Positions 10,898-19,375 of a stretch of DNA of 64,000 nt are shown here, in pieces (positions within the stretch are counted from its first letter, which is position 1; the number at the start of each line of letters is the position of its first letter). Below the pieces are notes generated by a model. That model saw only the letters and a program-made list of their open reading frames with translations. It was not told where the DNA came from and did not search any database. This DNA is from a bacterium. GTDB taxonomy: Bacteria > Patescibacteriota > Dojkabacteria > SC72. Location of the stretch: NCBI GenBank assembly GCA_021107795.1, contig JAIOSB010000027.1, positions 290 through 64,289 of the forward strand. Direction: 5' to 3'. The position numbers and the translations under genes are program-made.

Positions 10898-13807
10898 TTA
10901 AGGACGACAAGGTGGACATTTTGATTCTGATTGAACTCCATTTACACAACCCATATCCACTAAGAAAGCGATAGGGTCAATATATTGACCGTTATGTGTT
11001 ATTGTAAGGTGTACATGAGCTCCTGTCCAGCAATAGAAAACCCCATTCTTATTAGGCCTGGTTGTCCCCAAAGGATCATCAGCAACTATCTCAGCTGCAT
11101 ATTGGTAGATATATGCGACTGGCTCACCAGCTTTGTAGTTACGACCATTTCCTGGAGGTATTAGTTTGGTATGCATGAGATTAAACACATTTCCCTGACC
11201 ATCACTGAACTCTATATTCCACCCAGTAAAACCACCGTCAGTACATCTCCATGCAGCCATGCTTGATAGTTTTGCTGTACAGGTAGAGGTGTCACAATAT
11301 TGTGGAGCGAAGAAAAACTTCATTCCTGCTAAGTCTACTGGGTATAGATTTGTAATATTCTTGTGAGAACACTTTGTATTACTAAATCCCTGAGTACAAC
11401 GATATTTGACATCACCAAATGGACAGCTAGAATTGGTTGGTGCAGGGATATTGATAGGAGGAGGAACAAAGTTACCACTAGAATACAGATAGCCAGAGCT
11501 AAATCCTCCATATCCTCCAAAACCTTTATTTTCGTATATGGTACCTGGTATTTCTCTAGAATATGAATCTACTGAGGCCCTATTGCTATACTCACTTGAA
11601 GCTCCAATTAACAATATTAGTCCAAATACCCCGACAAAAGCATAAACAATTACCTTTATCGACAACTTCGTAACTCCTTCCATAACCCAAGCTACTACCA
11701 CTGTCACGGCTGTACCCAAAGGACCTGCAATTGCAGTACCTGCAAGACCAAATGCTGCGACAATACCTTGAGATATAGCACTTGATAAGGCAGCTCCTCC
11801 TGTTGCCTTCCATGATGTCAATAAAGCCATAGCAGCTTTGTCTTTTGTAAAGAATTTAAGCTTAGAGAGAACAGAGAATACACCCTTTCTTATACCCGTT
11901 TGTACTTTCCCCAAGGTTTTTTCTTGAAATAGACTCAACATCCTTGCAGGTGTGCTAAATATAGCTGTAACTTTAGACCATTGTTCAAGTGCATTTGATA
12001 TTTTCTCAGCTTTAAAAAATTTTTTAGCAAAAGCACTGTTTTCATCCCCTAAACCTTTTAGAACATAGCCCAATATATTTCTGTATTTAGGTTCTTTGGC
12101 AAGCAATTGGATTTGTTCCGTAGAATTAAGTTTTTTGTATTTTTTATAAAATTTCCAGAATTTAGGATCTTGCAATTCTTTGAATACTCCAGACTTAACA
12201 CTCCACATTTTCTTGATTTCTATTTTTTTATTATCTGCCACCCATGCAAACCCTTCTCCTGTAAACATAGATTTTACCCAAGTTGCTGGGTTCATATAGT
12301 AAAATCGAACCATACCATCGTTGTATGCATCTCTTAAATTTCGCTTATATGAAATCTCTGCTGATTTTGATTTCACAAATTCTACTTTATTCCACTTCCC
12401 CTTGCCAATTAATATTGTACCCGCATTATCTACTGGGCAGCCATAATATCCTTTAATAGGGTTGTAGAAATCCCCATTGAGAATAGCTTCAATTCCTCCT
12501 GGTCCAAAAGTCTGTTTCACCCCATAATAAAGACCCTCAGCTGCTCCAATTCCACTCCACAATTGAACACTATTCAAAGATCTTCTCGTCGATCTTAATT
12601 GTTTAATATTCTTTTGAGCTACAGATATCTCAGCTCTCTTCTGTGATTTTGACAATTTGCCATAATCTATAAGATTACTACCTGTACCAAATGTCTTCCC
12701 ACTTCTAATAGCTTTTAATCGGTCTCTTAACTCTTCCTCGTTAGATCGGATATTGCTCTTTGCTCTCTTCAATTTAAAAAGTATTCCCTCATCTTTACTT
12801 CCATCAAGACTCTCTGCTCCCTTCATAGCCCTAGCATCGAGAGTGTCATACTTTTTCCATAACTCTAAGATATTATTCGAACTTTCTAGCTTATTATATT
12901 CCACCAATTCTTTTGCTGTTAGTTGAGACTTCGTCCTGTTACCTAACAAATCGTTTTGCCTTTCTTCAAACTCCAGACCTAAAAGGCTCCTAAATGTTTC
13001 AGCACTAGAAATTGTGTCGGTAATCTTATCTATATTATCTTGAGTGTCTTCCCACCGTTTACTATCCGTTTTCTTGTTCAAATTCTTCAAAGAGGCTTCT
13101 AATGCATTAATACCTTCCATACCATTAAGAGAATTAATCTGATTGGTTAACTTCTCCTTCAGCTCCTTTCCTTTCCTTGTATTTTCATCCACCTTGTTCT
13201 TTCTTGCAATTAATTTTCTAACGTCAGTCCTACTCACATATCCATCTTTTCTTAATTCTTCAGAGGCTCGTACAATCCATTGCCTATCTCTAGGACTTCC
13301 CGAATCTTGGGCTGCCTGTCCTACTGCTCTCTCAAGGGTATTTTTAAGATCCCCATACCCCTCGAATAGCCCCATCTTTTTGGCATATGTACTCCCTGCT
13401 AAATATCTCATAGCCTCACCAGCCCATCTGATATTCTCCATTTTAGATATGGTTTTGTTTGTCTCAAAGAGTTTGTCTATGAATTCATCAGGCTTCTCGA
13501 AGAAATCGGGTAACCCACTTGCTGTCAGCTTGACTACAGGTATACGACTAGTCTGTACTCCCACTTTGATAGTCGGATCAACCAGTCCTTGCATAGCTCC
13601 TAGGAATTGATCTCCCACAAACATCCCTGGCATAGCCAATGCATCTACCAAGGTTTGTACATACTCAGAACTTGCTTGACTATCTGCTGTTGGTGGAGGT
13701 CTTACTGGTTTCCTTTGCTCTGGAGGTAATTCAGATTGTTCCAGAACAAAACCTAGGATATCTGATACAGATGATATTGTTTTATCCTTACCCTTATATC
13801 CAGCCAT
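10898..13807 (-). CDS. Large bitopic protein: ~690-aa cytoplasmic coiled-coil-rich N-domain, 2 TM helices, extracellular C-terminal M23 (LytM-type) peptidase-like domain
   Basis: No signal peptide. The TM pair is ...IVAAFGLAGTAIAGPLGTAVTVVVAWV... / ...VIVYAFVGVFGLILLIGA... The C-terminus has the M23 pattern VFNLMHTKLIPPGNGRNYKAGEPVAYI...GTTRPNKNG...CWTGAHVHLTITHNGQYIDP (HxH with flanking Gly-rich loops). Confidence 0.55.
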   Translation of the reverse strand: MAGYKGKDKTISSVSDILGFVLEQSELPPEQRKPVRPPPTADSQASSEYVQTLVDALAMPGMFVGDQFLGAMQGLVDPTIKVGVQTSRIPVVKLTASGLPDFFEKPDEFIDKLFETNKTISKMENIRWAGEAMRYLAGSTYAKKMGLFEGYGDLKNTLERAVGQAAQDSGSPRDRQWIVRASEELRKDGYVSRTDVRKLIARKNKVDENTRKGKELKEKLTNQINSLNGMEGINALEASLKNLNKKTDSKRWEDTQDNIDKITDTISSAETFRSLLGLEFEERQNDLLGNRTKSQLTAKELVEYNKLESSNNILELWKKYDTLDARAMKGAESLDGSKDEGILFKLKRAKSNIRSNEEELRDRLKAIRSGKTFGTGSNLIDYGKLSKSQKRAEISVAQKNIKQLRSTRRSLNSVQLWSGIGAAEGLYYGVKQTFGPGGIEAILNGDFYNPIKGYYGCPVDNAGTILIGKGKWNKVEFVKSKSAEISYKRNLRDAYNDGMVRFYYMNPATWVKSMFTGEGFAWVADNKKIEIKKMWSVKSGVFKELQDPKFWKFYKKYKKLNSTEQIQLLAKEPKYRNILGYVLKGLGDENSAFAKKFFKAEKISNALEQWSKVTAIFSTPARMLSLFQEKTLGKVQTGIRKGVFSVLSKLKFFTKDKAAMALLTSWKATGGAALSSAISQGIVAAFGLAGTAIAGPLGTAVTVVVAWVMEGVTKLSIKVIVYAFVGVFGLILLIGASSEYSNRASVDSYSREIPGTIYENKGFGGYGGFSSGYLYSSGNFVPPPINIPAPTNSSCPFGDVKYRCTQGFSNTKCSHKNITNLYPVDLAGMKFFFAPQYCDTSTCTAKLSSMAAWRCTDGGFTGWNIEFSDGQGNVFNLMHTKLIPPGNGRNYKAGEPVAYIYQYAAEIVADDPLGTTRPNKNGVFYCWTGAHVHLTITHNGQYIDPIAFLVDMGCVNGVQSESKCPPCRP

Positions 13808-13817
13808 ATATTTTTAT

Positions 13818-15266
13818 TTACTTTATTAATTTCCCTAACAATGGAATTCCGCCCAAAGCCTGTTTTGCAGCTTGTGCTGCATCCCCTGCATCTTTTGAGG
13901 TCGTAGGTGGTAGTAAAACTTTAGCGTATACATCTGCTTTAGAAGCTATAAAGATGACGAAGATTTGTAATACAAAAATTAATAATCCACCAAGCAAGTC
14001 TTGACTCTGATCAATTTGCGCTGTTGTTTGAGGAAGTGTGAGCTTATCCGGTCCTGGTAGCGATAAACCACCATCGCTTACAGCATAAAGAACTCCTGGG
14101 ATATTAAGAATTGCAAATGTAATCGGATATACTAACACATTTCTCATAATACTTTTCATCCAATTGATAAAACTTGCACTTTGACCTGGAATAGCTGACA
14201 TAGCAATTTGGAAAGGACCTGTTATTACAGCAATTAGAATACCAATATATGCCTTTATTAAAGTTAGAAAAACCTTAAAAACACCGACTGTCACTACAGC
14301 TAAAATAGCCAATACCAAGATTAATCCTACAAGTCCAACGACGACACCTGTAAGAGGGGCTGCAATAAATCCAACGACAACACCTATAGCTGCAGTTCCA
14401 CCAACAAGACCCAGTAACCCACCCTTACCTCCAAAGTCTGCAAATTGAGTCATTTCTTCAAAAAGGCCTTCCGGTGTAAACGCCCTAAATATACTACCCA
14501 AACTTTCCAGTGTAATAGGGTCACTATATTCACTACTACTAAAAATATCTACTAGAAGGACCATCATGAGCCCTCCAATATCTATTATCACTCCCGCTAT
14601 TGCAAAACTAAAGGTAACCCCTATTAACGCAAGAATAATGTTTGGTAGAGTATTCCCAAGAGTCACTAATGTCTGTCCTCCTAGTTTACTTCTAAACATG
14701 ATCATGAATCCAACAACTATCATGATTAATATGAAGAATACATAAGTAATATTCCTAACCTGTGACCATAATCCACTGATACCAGTATTAACCAACTCAT
14801 CATATCCTGAGTCAAATCCACTAGTTGTAATACTTGCATACACAGAACTATCTGCCTGATAACCAGGTACCCACTCTTCTGCCAAATGCGCATATACATT
14901 AACAAGAGGTTGTGATTCGTATAAAGCATATACTCCATCGGATGTCATACCATATATACCTCTTTTCATGTCAGGCGATATCGTATCTGAGTCCAACATT
15001 GCTTGATAGTCTGAAGATATTTCTGGTGCTAGATAAATAATTGCATTAACCACTGCGGTATTGGCACTAACAGCCTGTGACCTAGCAGAGTTATACTCAT
15101 CTCCCTCTGCCCCCTGCCCCACATTCACAGCTTCTACAGTAGATCCATATGATCCACTAAGGTCTAAACCTGTGTATTCTTGAGCATACGCATTAGTAGA
15201 TAAGAAGAAGAAAGCTATAACAAGTACTGACCAAAACAAATCTTTATTAAATCTATTTATTTTCAT
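13818..15266 (-). CDS. Polytopic membrane protein, VirB6/TrbL-like topology (signal peptide, ~150-aa extracytoplasmic segment, ~7-8 Gly-rich TM helices)
   Basis: Signal peptide LFWSVLVIAFFFLSTNAYAQ, then hydrophilic Ser/Tyr-rich segment, then consecutive hydrophobic Gly-rich helices (GLLGLVGGTAAIGVVVGFIAAPLTGVVVGLVGLILVLAILAVV...). Confidence 0.4.
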   Translation of the reverse strand: MKINRFNKDLFWSVLVIAFFFLSTNAYAQEYTGLDLSGSYGSTVEAVNVGQGAEGDEYNSARSQAVSANTAVVNAIIYLAPEISSDYQAMLDSDTISPDMKRGIYGMTSDGVYALYESQPLVNVYAHLAEEWVPGYQADSSVYASITTSGFDSGYDELVNTGISGLWSQVRNITYVFFILIMIVVGFMIMFRSKLGGQTLVTLGNTLPNIILALIGVTFSFAIAGVIIDIGGLMMVLLVDIFSSSEYSDPITLESLGSIFRAFTPEGLFEEMTQFADFGGKGGLLGLVGGTAAIGVVVGFIAAPLTGVVVGLVGLILVLAILAVVTVGVFKVFLTLIKAYIGILIAVITGPFQIAMSAIPGQSASFINWMKSIMRNVLVYPITFAILNIPGVLYAVSDGGLSLPGPDKLTLPQTTAQIDQSQDLLGGLLIFVLQIFVIFIASKADVYAKVLLPPTTSKDAGDAAQAAKQALGGIPLLGKLIK

Positions 15267-15290
15267 AGGATAATTAAAAAATATTAAATA

Positions 15291-16631
15291 TTACATCTTA
15301 TATACAGGATCTGTTCTATTCTCACTCTCCCATACATGAAAATTCATATAATCCATTCTATCAGGAAATACCTCCTGAGGCATATTATCATGTGACTGAA
15401 ATTCTAATTCTTGAGTAATATAGTCAATATCCCAAGCACAAGAAAGAGCCTTATTACCATATCCTCCAATATTTGCATAACAAGTTGTTAAGACATAAAT
15501 CTTCTGTGACTCATCAGCATTTGGAATTGAAAAACTTCCATTTCTTAACTTATTGAACTCCGTTACACACTTTCCATCAATACAATCTGCTTTACTACCC
15601 CAAGGAGACTCCATAATTACAACAATACTTGCAGTATTTATACAATTCTCATCTGCACCACTTATGCTAGAACACCTATCTGCATCAAAGATATTCATTA
15701 TTTCCTTAAAAAACGATATTACAATTTGCTTAAGACTTGGAGTACAACCTATCATCTCTGTATCTAAATCCATATTGATAAATGTAGTGTTCGTATCACA
15801 ATCATCTATACCATCATCTTCTTGCTCTGGAATATTTTCATAATATCCTGGATAATTCTGTGATTGACCCAATACATATGATCCAGACAAATATTTCTCT
15901 GGTGTCGGGTTAGAATAGTTTCTACAAGCTGCTCCACAATCATTAACTTGATACTTAGAGATAGAGATTTCACTTGTACCTGAGCCTTTGGCATTAGCAG
16001 TACCTTCAATGGAATAATTAATACCAAAAGATTTCGTTTTAGAAGCTTCCCCAGCATCTATAATAGCTTGTGTCTGAGTCTCTCCTGGGTACATATTCCC
16101 TGCAACCACTTCTTTATTAATCATCTCTCCCGCAGGTCTTAGTGTCCAGTGTTCAGTACCATCTTCTTCAGTAAATATTTGCCTAACAGATGAGTCCATA
16201 GTTGGAGATCCATTCAAAAGAGGTGGTACTTCGATACTAGTAAGAGAAATCGAAGCCTTTCTATCTACCATATCCCCTATACTCAGTTCTCTATCTTCTT
16301 TACCCATGTCCGCATCGAAAGAGAAAGTCCTAGCACATACTTTCTCGGAGGAATAGCTGTAGAAAGGAGTTACACATACATCCTGTTCTCCTAAAACCAT
16401 TCCTGGTTTAACCTCTCTAATCGGTTTGAAATTTTCATCTATTTCAAAGAACAAAGCTTGTTCCAATTGCCAGTCCTCTTCATTGGCCTCTACTTTCTCA
16501 CGAAGTACATACTCTTGAGTATCAGCTTGGATATGAGTAACCCTTTGTGTCTTGTTTATAACAAAAACCCCAAACAAAATAAGGAAAGATAAAAGAAGGA
16601 CAGGTTTTCGCGAATACAATTTCTTTGACAT
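15291..16631 (-). CDS. Cys-rich secreted/anchored hypothetical protein
   Basis: N-terminal TM (PVLLLSFLILFGVFVI), many paired cysteines (CGAAC, CDTNTT, CIDGKC), acidic. Confidence 0.45.
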   Translation of the reverse strand: MSKKLYSRKPVLLLSFLILFGVFVINKTQRVTHIQADTQEYVLREKVEANEEDWQLEQALFFEIDENFKPIREVKPGMVLGEQDVCVTPFYSYSSEKVCARTFSFDADMGKEDRELSIGDMVDRKASISLTSIEVPPLLNGSPTMDSSVRQIFTEEDGTEHWTLRPAGEMINKEVVAGNMYPGETQTQAIIDAGEASKTKSFGINYSIEGTANAKGSGTSEISISKYQVNDCGAACRNYSNPTPEKYLSGSYVLGQSQNYPGYYENIPEQEDDGIDDCDTNTTFINMDLDTEMIGCTPSLKQIVISFFKEIMNIFDADRCSSISGADENCINTASIVVIMESPWGSKADCIDGKCVTEFNKLRNGSFSIPNADESQKIYVLTTCYANIGGYGNKALSCAWDIDYITQELEFQSHDNMPQEVFPDRMDYMNFHVWESENRTDPVYKM

Positions 16632-16669
16632 AGTACAATATACATCGAAAAGAAGATGTATTCAATTGA

Positions 16670-18283
16670 TTAATCTATAAGAATGCCATAATCAGAAAGT
16701 AATGGGATTGAACTGTATGCTGAATTACTTGAATCAGAGACAGAGACTTCTACTTCTTCAGAAACAGCTTCTCCAACAGTCATTTCTGTAGCTGAAGGGT
16801 TTGTGAAATATTTAGAACTAAAGTTAACGATATCATCATTACTTTTATCGAAATATCCGCCCTCTGCATCTCTTGCTCCACCAATTGTCAAAATCCAAGA
16901 CCCTTCACTATCTACTAAGGTAGATATCGGGTAGCTTGTACCACTAGAACCAATACCGTCATTGTCCGTAAAGGTTGCAACAACAAGAGCATTTTTATAA
17001 TCCACAACCTCAAGAATACCTACAATGGTCTCAAACTGTGGAGGGCTGGATTGTGTAGCAAAAGTTTTTACTTCACCTTCATATTCATATACATCTTCTC
17101 CCGAGTATATTTCAAAAAAGTATGTTGTCTCTGGTTGTAATTGTGCAATCTCAATACTATGCAAGAAATATTCTCCTTGAGACGCTATACCATCTCTCTC
17201 ATCTCTCCCTTTATTAGACAAATCTGATGTAGTAGTTCCATACATTACATAGCCTTGTTGTGATTCCTTAGAGAACCATATTATCGAACAACTAACATCC
17301 GTAAGATTTGTAATCATTACACTCTCTACTCCATATACCTCCGGTTGAGAAGGCACTACTCCACTATTTGATACCATATCAATCCAAGCTAAATCACTCT
17401 TAAGTTCGTATAGGTTATCGGGAGTTTCATCTTCAATTTTCTCTTCTTCTTCTACCACAGGTACTACATATGAGTCTTTTTCTTCAATTATCATATCAGG
17501 TTTTTCACCTTCTTCTGTAGCTACAAGTTTCGTAGCGTCAGAGATATAGGTATCATATGGACTTCCAAAGATTACAAGCGTTTCCGTTAGTTTCATACTA
17601 GAATCAAAGATTGTCCCATATTGTCCTTCTACCACACCTGCATTCCCAACACTTGACACTCCCAGTATTACTAAGTCTGTTGAGTCTAACAGTGTATACA
17701 TACTCTTATCCTCAATACTTCTTAACGATGAGAGATCCACTAACCAGTTCCCATTGCTAGATGGAACAGTTGCTACTGGGTATGTCGTTTTGTCCTTGGG
17801 GAATATATATATTAGGGCATCGTCATCACTTATATCAGAGAGTTCTCCATGTACGGGTGTAGGGGTTGGAATATCTGCACTAATATTGGCTGTAGTAAAA
17901 CTAAACTCTTCCCCTTCTATATCTGTGTACATATCTTCTCCTGATATGATTTTAAAATCATATTCTGTATTTGGTTCTAAACTTTGAATTTCAACGTAGT
18001 GAGTATTTCTCTTCTCATTTCCCCTCTTATCTATCACTGGATTTTTCTCAGTTCCATTGAGTACAGGGATTACCGACCCTATTACTTCACTTTCAGTAGT
18101 CCATGTTACTGTGATGGAATTGGTAGTAAGGTTTGCAAGTATTGCATCTTTGGGTTGTGTATTTACTCCTGCATTTGTAAACCATCGTGCACCACTGTAT
18201 ATGGCAAAGAGTGTAAGAGGAATACCTAGTACCAGCGTAATTATTGTAGTTAGTTGCTTCTTTTGGTATGGAGTTATGTACAT
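16670..18283 (-). CDS. N-terminally anchored protein with two Fn3-like (purple-acid-phosphatase-N-like) domains
   Basis: TM anchor LTTIITLVLGIPLTLFAIYS. Repeat 1 is NSITVTWTTESEVIGSVIPVLNG...HYVEIQSLEPNTEYDFKIISG. Repeat 2 is CSIIWFSKESQQGYVMYG...LHSIEIAQLQPETTYFFEIYSG. Confidence 0.5.
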   Translation of the reverse strand: MYITPYQKKQLTTIITLVLGIPLTLFAIYSGARWFTNAGVNTQPKDAILANLTTNSITVTWTTESEVIGSVIPVLNGTEKNPVIDKRGNEKRNTHYVEIQSLEPNTEYDFKIISGEDMYTDIEGEEFSFTTANISADIPTPTPVHGELSDISDDDALIYIFPKDKTTYPVATVPSSNGNWLVDLSSLRSIEDKSMYTLLDSTDLVILGVSSVGNAGVVEGQYGTIFDSSMKLTETLVIFGSPYDTYISDATKLVATEEGEKPDMIIEEKDSYVVPVVEEEEKIEDETPDNLYELKSDLAWIDMVSNSGVVPSQPEVYGVESVMITNLTDVSCSIIWFSKESQQGYVMYGTTTSDLSNKGRDERDGIASQGEYFLHSIEIAQLQPETTYFFEIYSGEDVYEYEGEVKTFATQSSPPQFETIVGILEVVDYKNALVVATFTDNDGIGSSGTSYPISTLVDSEGSWILTIGGARDAEGGYFDKSNDDIVNFSSKYFTNPSATEMTVGEAVSEEVEVSVSDSSNSAYSSIPLLSDYGILID

Positions 18284-18390
18284 AGCTCTATATTACATTT
18301 ATTATTTCTATTAGACAATGGGGAGGGATCTTTGACGATGTGGATAATCGAGTTCATCTTTTATTCATAATCAATATGTAGAATATTAGT

Positions 18391-18879
18391 ATGAGTCAAG
18401 AGGATATTACATATGTATTTATAGATGCTCAGAATCTATATCTGGGTATAAGAGATCTAGGCTGGCATATTGATTATAGAAAACTCAATGTTTACCTGAA
18501 GGAAAAGTATCAAGCTCAATGTCTTTATATGTATATTGGATATCTGAAAGGAAATCAAAAGCTCTATACCAAACTTACACAGGCTGGTTTCGATATTATA
18601 TTCAAGGATACAGTGCGATATGGAAGAAACCGGGTTATTAAAGGTAACGTTGATGTAGATCTCACAGTAGATGTAATAAGAAAAGCATCCCTATACAACA
18701 AAGCCATTTTTATAAGTGCGGATGGGGATTTTTGTGCACTTTACAACTACCTTCTCAAAGAAAAAGGGAAAGAAATTTTAATACTAATCCCCAATATTTA
18801 TAAATATTCAAAGTTACTATTAAAATATAAGGGTAGACTAAGATTTATGAATGATTTGAGAGCCAAGATTGGGGAATAA
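18391..18879 (+). CDS. NYN-domain (LabA/DUF88-like PIN-fold) protein
   Basis: FIDAQNLY...GNVDVDLTVDV...FISADGDF acidic triad arrangement typical of NYN/LabA-like nucleases. Confidence 0.6.
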   Translation: MSQEDITYVFIDAQNLYLGIRDLGWHIDYRKLNVYLKEKYQAQCLYMYIGYLKGNQKLYTKLTQAGFDIIFKDTVRYGRNRVIKGNVDVDLTVDVIRKASLYNKAIFISADGDFCALYNYLLKEKGKEILILIPNIYKYSKLLLKYKGRLRFMNDLRAKIGE

Positions 18880-19014
18880 AAAGGGGGAGTGTTGCTTGTA
18901 AGACGAAACTTACAACCTTCCCTCCCTCGTGATAGCTCATTATAATAAATATCTACGATAATTACAACACGAGCAACACTAATTCATATCATGTTCACAA
19001 TCAGAAAAGGCTTT

Positions 19015-19329
19015 TTACTTCTTCATCCCTGAGAGAAACTCTGTAAGCGTAGTTAGTAATCCTGATATTTGTCTAACAGGTTGTATTACTGCTTGGTTTA
19101 CTTCTTCTACAGTCCCTTTTGTAGTACTTACCATTGCTTGAACATCATCAAGTATCACATTCGTCTTAATTAGTGTTTTGTTTGCTTCTTCAATGATCTT
19201 TGTACTACCCTGAACTACTCCTCTGGTATCTTTGGTAACCATACCTAGTTGGTAGAGTATGAATGTAAAGAATGCTACAGGTATCCCCATAAGTATCATC
19301 CAGTATATTGATGGTATTGTGTCGAACAT
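19015..19329 (-). CDS. Small single-TM membrane protein (DUF948-like?)
   Basis: 104 aa, one N-terminal TM (IYWMILMGIPVAFFTFILYQL) followed by a helical coiled-coil-like tail. Confidence 0.35.
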   Translation of the reverse strand: MFDTIPSIYWMILMGIPVAFFTFILYQLGMVTKDTRGVVQGSTKIIEEANKTLIKTNVILDDVQAMVSTTKGTVEEVNQAVIQPVRQISGLLTTLTEFLSGMKK

Positions 19330-19375
19330 ATGTATAGTGTTTTAATTAATCTATACCTTAGAATATCAGATATCC

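Noticed and set aside
10898-13807. Phage tail tape-measure protein / prophage interpretation of the 969-aa coiled-coil + TM + M23 protein
   Set aside because: No terminase, portal, capsid, tail-tube or integrase genes are present in the flanking 10 kb. The neighbours carry signal peptides or N-terminal membrane anchors and a VirB6-like polytopic protein, which fits a cellular envelope apparatus better than a virion module.
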